From positions 1 to 64,000 of the forward strand of contig JAPDFW010000111.1 of the NCBI GenBank assembly GCA_028826165.1: DNA of 64,000 bases, written 5' to 3'. A model generated the notes under the pieces. It searched no databases. It saw only the letters and a list, made by a program, of their open reading frames with translations, and was not told the origin of the DNA. Shown here one piece after another: positions 12,451 to 22,439 of this stretch (the first letter of the stretch is position 1; every line of letters starts with the position of its first letter). A program made the position numbers and the translations under genes. The stretch is from Anaeramoeba ignava BMAN (Eukaryota; Protista; Anaeramoebae).

Positions 12451-12456
12451 TTCTTT

Positions 12457-14289
12457 TTAAAAAATTAAACATTTTTCTTTCTTTTTTTCTTTTCCAATTT
12501 GATTTTGATTATTAAATTTCTTAATTAATAAATCAAATAAATTTGGATTTGTTTGATTTAATTGGAAATAATCAATTCCAATTTGAATTTCATTAATAAT
12601 TTCTTGTGTAATTTGGATTTCTTCTTTAATTTGATTTGAATAAATCCAATATTCAAATATTTGAAATGATTTATTACTTAATTCACTATAATCTGTAACT
12701 TTATTTGATTTATCTTCAGTTACAGATAAAAACATTCCTCGATATAATTCACTTCTCATTATTAATATTAATTTTGGAAATTTATATTGTTTTTCTTTTC
12801 TTTCAATTATAAAATCTTTTTCATTTTCATTTTCATTTTCATTTAAATAAATTCTTTTCATTGTTTCTTCAATTTTTTCATTTAAATTTATAATTTCTTT
12901 AATTTCAAAATATAATTTTGGATTTATAATTCTGTTTGAATAAATCATTTCAAATATTTGATTTGATTCTTTAATTGATTTTTTTGAAATAATTTCTTGA
13001 AGTTTTTCAATTTCAATTTCATTTTGATTTAATCTATATTTTAATATTAATTTATGAGCTTCAATTATTTCTCCATTTTCTGTTTTAAATGAAATATTAC
13101 AAAATTCTTTTCTTCTAAATAGTTTTATCAAATCTTCTTCAAGATTGGAAAAAGAAAGAGAATAATAAAGAAATGATTTGTCAGAACCACAAGAAATATG
13201 ATAACTGGAAATATCTTCATTAAATCTTAATTTAGGAAGTTCAATTTGAATTGGAGTTATTTGATCTATTGTATTTCCAGTTCCTAATTGACCATAATCG
13301 TTATTCCCAAATCCTATTAATTTTGATTTGGAAGTTAAAATCAAAGTATGAGAATATCCAACAGAAATTTCAAGAATATTATCATCATTTTCAAATAAAG
13401 ATGATTTGATTTCAGTAAATTCATAAGTATCTTGATTTTTGCCAAGTCCATTAGGTATATAATATCCACATGAATAAAGTTTTCTTTTTGGATTTTCATT
13501 TTCATCTTTAATCAACATTATTGAATGAGAATATCCACATTTAATATCAATTATTTTACCTTTTGGAATATTTGGGATTTTGGTTAATTTATTGATTGTT
13601 GTTTCTTCTTTTCTTGATTCTCCTAATCCAAGTTGACCATATATATTTAAACCACATCCAAATAATTCTTGATTTGAATTTAAAATAAAAACATAAGAAG
13701 AAGTAATTCCTGAAAATATTTTAGAAACATTTTTCATCATTAAAATTGGTTTTTCTGTTTTTTTAAGTGTTTCATAATCTAAACCAAGTTTACAATAATA
13801 ATTTGAACCAATTCCATAAGCATTTTGATTTGAAGTTAATAAGTAAATTGAACTGTATCCTGAAATAATATCTTGAATTATTCTATCATTTGTATCTTCA
13901 ATTAATGATGAAATATTGATAAATTCTTTTGAATTATTTGGATTAATATCTTTTCCTTTGGCAAATACATTTCCTTCTTTTGTTAAAATAGCTTCATTTT
14001 CATAACCAACAGATACTTTTTGAATATTTTCAATTTGGATTTTTTGAGGATTTTGATTTGGATTATTTTCATTTAAATATTCTATTGCTTTTCCATTTTT
14101 AAAAAGGAAAATTGTTCCAAAATCTCCTGATGAAATTTGTTTAATTTGTTTTTCATTTTCATTTTCATTTTCATTTTCATTTTCATTTTCATTTTCAAAT
14201 TTAAATTGAATTGGTTTTTTGATTAGATATGATTTATTTTTGATAAGTTTTGGATAATTATTTGAACCAAAAAATATAATTTCATTCAT
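12457..14289 (-). CDS. RCC1-like + BTB protein with CaaX box (copy 6)
   Basis: 610 aa ORF with the same architecture, ending KEKKKEKCLIF. Confidence 0.92.
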   Translation of the reverse strand: MNEIIFFGSNNYPKLIKNKSYLIKKPIQFKFENENENENENENENEKQIKQISSGDFGTIFLFKNGKAIEYLNENNPNQNPQKIQIENIQKVSVGYENEAILTKEGNVFAKGKDINPNNSKEFINISSLIEDTNDRIIQDIISGYSSIYLLTSNQNAYGIGSNYYCKLGLDYETLKKTEKPILMMKNVSKIFSGITSSYVFILNSNQELFGCGLNIYGQLGLGESRKEETTINKLTKIPNIPKGKIIDIKCGYSHSIMLIKDENENPKRKLYSCGYYIPNGLGKNQDTYEFTEIKSSLFENDDNILEISVGYSHTLILTSKSKLIGFGNNDYGQLGTGNTIDQITPIQIELPKLRFNEDISSYHISCGSDKSFLYYSLSFSNLEEDLIKLFRRKEFCNISFKTENGEIIEAHKLILKYRLNQNEIEIEKLQEIISKKSIKESNQIFEMIYSNRIINPKLYFEIKEIINLNEKIEETMKRIYLNENENENEKDFIIERKEKQYKFPKLILIMRSELYRGMFLSVTEDKSNKVTDYSELSNKSFQIFEYWIYSNQIKEEIQITQEIINEIQIGIDYFQLNQTNPNLFDLLIKKFNNQNQIGKEKKKEKCLIF

Positions 14290-14347
14290 TTTTTGAAAAA
14301 GAAAAAAAATGAAAAAATGAAAAATTTTTGATTTTGTTTAATTTGAT

Positions 14348-14425
14348 TTTGAATTGTAAAAACTTTCCAAAAAAAACAAAATTTGAATGATATTTGGAAA
14401 AAAAAAAGAAACAAAAAACAAATTT
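14348..14425 (-). promoter_or_regulatory. Conserved ~75 bp upstream block of RCC1-BTB genes (also at ~2090, 4590, 6890, 12008)
   Basis: The + strand sequence ttttgaattgtaaaaactttccaaaaaaaacaaaatttgaatgatatttgg is found ~60-135 bp upstream of five of the six ATGs. Confidence 0.5.
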
Positions 14426-14830
14426 TAAATTTGATTTTAATTTTGATTTAAATTTGAATTTGATTTTGATTTTAATTTTGATTTTAATTTTGATTTTAAT
14501 TTTAATTTTAATTTTAATTTTAATTTTTTAATTTGATTTTAATTTTGAATTTGATTTTAATTTTGATTTTAATTTGAATTTGATTTTGATTTTAATTTTG
14601 ATTTTAATTTTAATTTTAATTTTAATTTTAATTTTAATTTTTAAATTTAATTTTAATTTTAATTTTGATTTTTAATTTGATTTTAATTTTGAATTTGATT
14701 TTAATTTTAGTTTTGATTTTAATTTTAATTTTGAATTTTGATTTTGATTTTGAATTTGATTTGAATTTTAATTTGATTTTCATTTTAATTTTAGTTTTGA
14801 ATTTGATTTTGAATTTGATTTTGATTTAAA
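14425..14830. repeat. (TTTTAA/TTTTGA)n hexamer tract
   Basis: Visible tandem hexamers. Confidence 0.9.
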
Positions 14831-14832
14831 TT

Positions 14833-17800
14833 TTAATCGGATTTTCTTTTTTTCTGGGATTCTGAATCATCTCCAAGAGAAATATCTTCTAATTGATCAT
14901 TATCATTATTTCGATTATTTTTATTATCATTTGATTGCTCATTTATATTATCTTTTTTTGAAATATCATCAATATCTGAAGTAGAACGAGTACTCATTTC
15001 AATACCATCATCAAGCTTAGTAGAAACATGATAAGAATAATCAGTTGAAAACTTAGAAAGCTTGTTGATTTTATCTTTTTCTTCTTTAAGCCTTCGGGCA
15101 AGCTTCTTCTTTTTTCTTCTTCTCCAAAGATAATAAATACCAAAAGAAATGAGACCAACAGCAATATTGTGGAGTATAAAGAAAATCCAGACGCCAAAAC
15201 CAGACCAACTTAGCCAAACAACGGCGAAGAGCTCAAGATACAATCCGATCATAAGCTTGTCATAGGGACTTGTAAGATGTTTCTTTGTGGGTTTGTAGGG
15301 TTTTAGGACCGATATTAAGGTGATCATTGAGCCAATAAGTATCAAAAGTAAAATTGGTCGAACACTATTTTTACCTGGCAAAAAAAGTGCGAAAATTACA
15401 AGAAGCAATTTGAACGTTAGATCAACAAGTTCCCACCAATAGCGGTTTTCGCGATATCTTGCATACAACCAACCATAGCGTGCTTTATAGACGTTGCTGT
15501 GTTCGCTTGAAAGCGCCTTTCTGATGATGATGAAAAAAAAGATCGGGATTCCAATGACATAGAGAACAATCGCAACTATAAACACTGCGAGAAATGTTCT
15601 CCATTTTGCCGATCCAAGTTTGATTGTTGGATCTGAAGTGAGAACTTTTTGTCCGTTATTTGTTGAATAAGCAAAAGGTTTAAGTGCAATGACAGCTAGA
15701 GGAACGTACATGAATTTTAACATCAATGTTAGCACATAAATGGAGCGATTTTTGAAACGATCCATTTTTCTGTATCTGTTTGCTGTTCGGCAATAATAGC
15801 ACAACATGATCAAGTATATTATGCCAAAAATAAAGATGAAAATGAACGGGATGAAGAACATTGCTATCCATTTATCATAGAAATCAAGATTCCAAGAGCA
15901 TTCGGGACTTGTCATTGAGTCGAAATCGAAGTTGAAAATTCCGAAAAAATAACGGAAAAAATTTTTAATAACAGGAGGCCAATGCATATCCATTGTGAAT
16001 ATTGCTCCGAACATTTGAGCAACGCTTCCGAACATTGTGAATGCTGGGAATGATGCTCCTCTGCCTGCGAAGAAGAACACTGCTGCGCAGATCAAGAAGA
16101 TGAAACAGACAAAGGCGACGAATATTACGTTTGAATCATTTGGACATTTTTTGCATTCTTTGTTGAAGTGGAAATAACCTGGAATGCAGTTTATACACAT
16201 TGATTCTGGATCGTGACCTTCTTTGCAATTGTTCATGCCAAGGCATATTCCTGGTTCTGTGCATTCGTAACAGGATGTAGCACCTTTTCGATGAATATTT
16301 TGGATAAATTAAATATTTTGAATAAATTAAATATTTTAAATAAATTGAATATTTTAAATAAATATTTTGAATAAATTAAATATTTTGAATAAATTGAATA
16401 AATTGAATATTTTAAATATTTTGAATATTTTAAATAAATTAAATATTTTGGATAAATTAAATATTTTGGATAAATTAAATATTTTGAATATTTTTGGATA
16501 AATTAAATATTTTTAAATTAAATATTTTGAATATTTTGATAAATATTTTGAATAATATTTTGAATAAATTAAATAAATATTTTTGAATAAATTTTGAATA
16601 AATTAAATAAATTAAATATTTGAATAAATTAAATAAATTAAATATTTTGAATATTTTAAATAAATTAAATATTTTGAATAAATATTTTAAAATAAATTAA
16701 AATATTTTAAATAAATTAAATTAAATATTTTGAATAAATTAAATATTTTGAATAAATTAAATATTTTAAATCTGTAAATTAAATATTTTTAAATAAATTG
16801 AATAAATTAAATAAATTAAATAAATATTTAAAAATAAATTAAAATATTAAATATTTTGAATAAATTAAATATTAATTAAATATTTTGAATATTTTTGAAT
16901 ATTTTAAAATAAATTAAATATTTTGAAATATTTTGAATATTTTGAATATTTTTGAATAAATTGAAATATTTTGAAATTTTAAAATTTTAAATTGAATATT
17001 TTAAATATTTTTTTTTGAATAAAATTAAATAAATATTAAATGAATAAATTGAATATTTGAATATTTTGAATATTTTGAATAAATTGAATATTTTTAAATA
17101 AATTAAATAAATTAAATATTTTGAATATTTTAAATAAATTAAATAAATTGAATATTTTAAATATTTTGGATAAATTAAATAAATTAAATATTTTGAATAA
17201 ATTAAATATTTTAAATAAATTAAATATTTTGAATATTTTGAATAAATTATATAAATTAAATAAATTAAATATTTTAAGTATTTTAAATATTTCTTTAAAA
17301 TTAAATAAATTAAATATTTTAAATATTTTAAATAAATTAATTGAATATTTTGAATATTTTAATTAAATATTTTAAATATTTCTTTAAAATTATATATTTA
17401 AAATATTTTGTTTAAATATTTTTAATTTATTCTCAAATCACTCACCAACAACATTTGAAAAATATCCTTCAGGACAAGGATAACACATCTTCTGTTCCCA
17501 ATCACTTGAAAAATAACCAACAGGACAAGGCTCACACAAAGTATTCCATTCATTTGGTTGTTTACCAGGAGGACAAGAGTCACAACTTGGATAACGATAA
17601 TTATTTGAGACAGTACCATCAGGACAAGGGGTGCAATGGTCAGTATCTTCAGAGCTATTATAAGTACCGAATCCACAAATAGTGCAATATTGAGATCCAT
17701 AAAAAGAAACGGTAAACTCGGGACACGTCTTGCATTCAGTGGAACCCTCCTCAGGAGCGTATGTATTTGATTTGCAATTGATACATGTGTCGTTTATTGA

Positions 17801-19468
17801 GTTATTCACAGAACTAGTACCGACTGGACATTCTATACAAGCCGTTTGAGCTGTCAAATTATTCCATGATCCACTCGGACAAATTGTACATTCATAGCTG
17901 TTGTTTGAAAAAGTCCCTTTCGGACAAGCATAGCAACTTTTTTGTATCGAGTTTGTTATGTACCCGTCAGGACACTTAACACATTCATTGTAACCGGTTT
18001 GGTTACTTTCATATCCATGTTGACATTCTGTGCAAAAATAAAACGAACTTCCACCCATTCCATCCTGGCACGCAAATTCCTGTGTATAGAACGCAGCAGA
18101 GACCAGAATGTTATCACGCTTTTTCACCCACGCGTCTGCGGATATGTTGATATATGTGTTGGAGCAAGACGACTGTCCCACAAAATGCATTGTGTTTTCT
18201 GAAGTTTTGAGAAATTGCGTGATCGACCCACTCAAATAAACGGCGATCGCATCTGTATCATTTGCGCGAGGATTAAACACCGCCAAGTACCCATTACTTG
18301 TGCAGTTTATAGTATGGGGATGAAATCGGGTGTACTGATTGGTGAAATTGACGCCTTCGAGATACGAGGATCCTGCGATCATAACGTTTCCTAGATCGTC
18401 CTCGAAAATCTGCGAAATATTTCCGAACGTCGATGACATATAGAAGACTTTCGAGCCGTCGCTGCTCAGCAAATACATCATGCCTGTTCCTCCGGGGAAA
18501 ATTGCGTTGAGACTTTCCGATGTTGCAGCCCCATTATGGGTCACCCATATGTCATCGTGTTTTGAAAGCGCGATTGGCGCACATTCTCCAAAACCTCCAT
18601 AATCATAAGGCGGTAAATTTGTCGACCACAGAAAAGTAAGTGAGGAATTGATCTTGCGAAAAGTGCACTTCAACGCTCCCATATAAAACTTATTCACGGT
18701 TCCTGGGGTTGCCATTTGCGGAGTTTCTGAATTTCCGAAAATAATATTTTGATTTTTATCAACCAATAAAACTTGACTTCGAACTTTTACTTGCAATTGA
18801 GAATCAAAAGTAACGCATTTTGTGACGTTATGATCCAAAAAGCTATATTCTGCAAGAAAAATAGTCCCCTCAGTTCCATTGCATAGGCCGGTCTTGTCGA
18901 AGTCGGTTAGAAACCCAGAAATCAAAGTTGTGTTGTTTTCCTTTGTGTAAATGTTCTGGATCCAAAACTCTTTGTCAGACGATTGCGAGCATAATTTATT
19001 TGTTTCGTTCCAATCCATCGTAGGATTGAGTCGCAAGATGAAGGTCTGATTAGTTGTGTAGTCGCACTCCTCCGGAAGGAACTCTGCGGAGGTTGTTCTT
19101 CCGACAACAACCAAATTCCCCTCGGAATCGACGTCAGCCGAAGTGACAGTTTCCGTTGAGTTTCCGAACATCACTCCCGCTTGCAATTCTCCTCGATATT
19201 TGTTCGTTATGTTTATTGCAGCGATGAAGTATTTTCCTGTGCTATTTCCTATTGTTGTGTTGAAAAGTGTCTCGTCTTTTGAATGTCCAATAACGTAAAT
19301 TATTTCTGTTGTTTCTCCTTCAAATTTCTTCAGTTTTGGTGCCATAAAATCTACTGTTGTGTTCTCGTTCGTTCGAAATAGAAACGTTGAAAAATATCCT
19401 TCTGTTTTTACTTGTTCTATTTGAAATATCCCAATTAGAAAAATTAAAAAGTAAATTTTTCCCTTCAT
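14833..19468 (-). CDS. Receptor-like membrane protein: signal peptide, propeller-like ectodomain, GCC2/GCC3 (ephrin-receptor-like) Cys repeats, ~9-TM TRP-like C-terminal domain. Exons 19468-17446 and 16283-14833
   Basis: MKGKIYFLIFLIGIF signal peptide and repeated CxxCPxGxY/F units. The GTGAGT donor at 17445 and AAAG acceptor at 16284 join in frame (NVV-GATSCYEC). TM domain has Q...WP and YGWLYARYRENRYWWELV motifs. Confidence 0.85.
16284..17445 (-). repeat. 1.16 kb intron filled with AAATATTTT/AATAAATT 9-18 bp units
   Basis: Low-complexity tandem array bounded by GT and AG. Confidence 0.85.
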
Positions 19469-19664
19469 TATTTTTGTTTTCCCTTCAACAAGCAAATCAA
19501 ACACAAAAAAAAATTAAAACAAAATAAAACAAAACAACAAAACGAGAAAAAAAGAAAAAATGAAAAAAGAAAAAATGAAAAAAATGAAAAATGAGAAAAA
19601 AAAATGAAAAATAAATTTTTTTTTCTCTTTTATTTATTGATCGAAAGCGAAAATTCCACAAAAA

Positions 19665-20730
19665 AAATTAATTAAATTTTAAACTAATTTTATAATTAAA
19701 CCTAATAAATATATTAAGTATAAATTAAATTATAAATAAATTATAAATAAATTATAAATAAAATTAATTAAAATTAAAGATATTTTTTTAATAAAATCAA
19801 TTTCATTTTTTAATAAATAAATTAATTAAATTTTAAACTAATTTTATAAATGAATCTAATAAATATATTAAATATAAATTAAATATAAATAAAATATAAA
19901 CAAATTATAAATAAAATTAATTAAAATTAAAGATATATTTTTAATAAAATCAATTTAATTTTTTAATTAAAAAAATAAAATTAATATTTATAAACAAATC
20001 TAATAAATATATTAAAAAATAAATAAATTTTAAATAAAATATAAACAAATTATGGTAGAGCATATGATTAAAATTAAAATATATTTTTAATAAAATCAAT
20101 TTAATTTTTTTTTATTATTTTTATTTTATTTTTATTTTTAATTTTTCATTTTTCATTTTTCTTTTAAAAATGGAAATAAATATAAATAATATTTTAGAAC
20201 TATATTTAAAATTAATTAAAATTAAAGATATATTTTTAATAAAATCAATTTAATTTTTTAATAAATAAATTAATTAAATTTTAAACTAATTTATAAATAA
20301 AACTAATAAATATTACATATTTTATTATTAAAATAAAATATAAACATTTTATAATTAAAAATTAATTATATATTTTTATTAAGAACTAATTTCATTTTTA
20401 ATAAATAAATTAATTAAATTTTAAACTAATTTTATAAACAAAATTTTAATAAAGATTTTATTAAATATAAATAAAATAAATAAATTATAAATGAAATTAA
20501 TTAAAATTAATTATATATTTTTTAAAATCAATTTAATTTTTATTAAAATTAATTAAATTTTAAACTAATTTTTAATTAAACCTAATAAATATATTAAATA
20601 TAAATTAAATATAAATAAAATATAAACAAATTATTATTAAAATTTTAAAATTAAATTTATATTTTTAATAAAATCAATTTCATTTTTAATTAAAAAAAAT
20701 AAAATTAATATTTAAATAAAACAATTTATT
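19665..20730. repeat. Degenerate ~140-155 bp AT-rich tandem repeat
   Basis: The anchor ttaaattttaaactaattt recurs near 19672, 19826, 20274, 20414 and 20553. Confidence 0.7.
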
Positions 20731-20764
20731 ACAAAAAAATAAATTTAAAATTTTTGTTTTTATT

Positions 20765-20842
20765 TTACATTTTAGCTCAGTTTTATTATACATTTTATGA
20801 CTCTAATTATTACAGGTCAAGGGTTCGACTTTATCAGGCTCG
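20765..20842 (+). pseudogene. tRNA-like remnant (Lys-CTT-like or Arg-like), corrupted
   Basis: TAGCTCAGT (A box start), ATGACTCTAAT (anticodon arm-like) and AGGTCAAGGGTTCGACT (B box) lie at tRNA-like spacing, but the stems are broken. Confidence 0.45.
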
Positions 20843-20944
20843 TTATTTTTATTTTTATTTCATTTTTCATTTTTCATTTTTTTCATTTTTTCATTTTTAA
20901 AATGGAATAAATGAAGATATTTTTTATAGAACTAATTTAACATT

Positions 20945-21290
20945 TTATTACACATTTTATTACACATTTTATTACACATTTTATTACACAATTTATTACA
21001 CAATTTATTACACAATTTATTACAGAATTTATTACAGAATTTATTACACATTTTATTACACATTTTATTACACAATTTATTACACATTTTATTATACATT
21101 TTATTACACAATTTATTACACAATTTATTACACATTTTATTACAGAATTTATTACACAATTTATTACACAATTTATTACACAATTTATTACACAATTTAT
21201 TACACATTTTATTACACAATTTATTACACAATTTATTATACATTTTATTACACAATTTATTACACAATTTATTATATTTATTACAGAATT
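20945..21290. repeat. 12-bp tandem repeat TTATTACACAAT/TTATTACACATT
   Basis: About 28 near-perfect copies; source of the spurious MCNKLCNK ORF. Confidence 0.95.
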
Positions 21291-21313
21291 TATTTATTAA
21301 TTTATTTATTAAT

Positions 21314-21344
<31 letters not shown>

Positions 21345-21349
21345 TTAAT

Positions 21350-21400
<51 letters not shown>

Positions 21401-21470
21401 TTTTATTTATTTATTTATTTCGGATAAAATTTATTTATAAAATTTTACAAAATTATTTATTTATTTATTT
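21290..21470. repeat. (TTTA)n microsatellite
   Basis: Directly visible. Confidence 0.9.
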
Positions 21471-21719
21471 ATTTCTTTCATATTTTATTTTAAATTTTGT
21501 ATTTATTTATTTGTTTTTTATTTCCAAAAAGAATAATTCCTCATTAATTTCAGATTTAAAGAAAATGAAATTTATTTATTTTTTTATTTAGAAAAGTAAT
21601 TATTTATTAATTTAATTTATATTTTTATTCCTTTAATTTATTTATTAATTTATTCAAGATGGAAAAGAATTTATTAATTTATTTTATTAATTTGATTTAT
21701 TAAACAAGAAGATTTGGGA

Positions 21720-22370
21720 ACAAAAATTGAAAAATTTATTTATTAATTATTTAACATTTTTATTTATAAACAATTAATTTATGTTTTGGAAAATTTATTT
21801 ATTAAAAACAATTAATTTATTTATAAATAAAAATTTAAAAATTTATTTATTAATTTGTTTTTGAAAATCGGATAAAAATTATTTATAAAATTTTTTAGTG
21901 AGAATTCATTTTTTCAAAATTAAAAGATTATGGTATTGTTAATTTTAATTCATGTTTTGAAAATTTAAAAGATTTAAAACAACTAAAAAGAATTTTTCCT
22001 CATTTAAAAGATTAAAAACAAAAAATGAAATTTCAGATTTAATTTAAAAGATTAAAAAAATTAATTCCATGTTTTAAATAAAATTTATGGATTAAAAACA
22101 ATTATTCATGTTTGGAAATAAAATTTAAAAGATTAAAAACAATTAATCATATGTTTTGGAAAGATTAAAAATTTAATAAACTTAAACTTTATAAACAAAA
22201 ATTGAAAAGGAAAGATTAAAAACAATTAATTCATGTTTTGGAAAATTTAAAAGATTAAAAACAATTAATTCCATGTTTTGGAAAATTTAAAAGATTAAAA
22301 ACAATTAATTCATGTTTTGGAAATTTAAAAGATTAAAAACAACTAATTTCATGTTTTTATAAATAAAATT
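21720..22370. repeat. ~43-bp minisatellite AAAATTTAAAAGATTAAAAACAATTAATTCATGTTTTGG
   Basis: Clear copies at 22210-22350 with degenerate copies to the left. Confidence 0.8.
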
Positions 22371-22439
22371 TAAATTTTTATTTTTTTCCATTTTTTTCCT
22401 TTTTTTTCATTTTTTGTTCTTATTTTTAAATTTCTTATA

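Noticed and set aside
4834-14289. Diversity-generating retroelement behind the RCC1 variability
   Set aside because: There is no reverse transcriptase or template repeat in the window, and the changes are not evidently adenine-specific.
20795-20812. Amber-suppressor (CUA) tRNA or altered genetic code
   Set aside because: The anticodon, D and acceptor stems do not pair, and the long genes read through with the standard code without in-frame TAG.
20932-21267. Cys-rich ORF MCNKLCNK
   Set aside because: It is a translation of a 12-bp satellite, with no unique sequence.
21720-22370. CRISPR-like array
   Set aside because: The units are contiguous with no unique spacers, there are no cas genes, and the context is eukaryotic.
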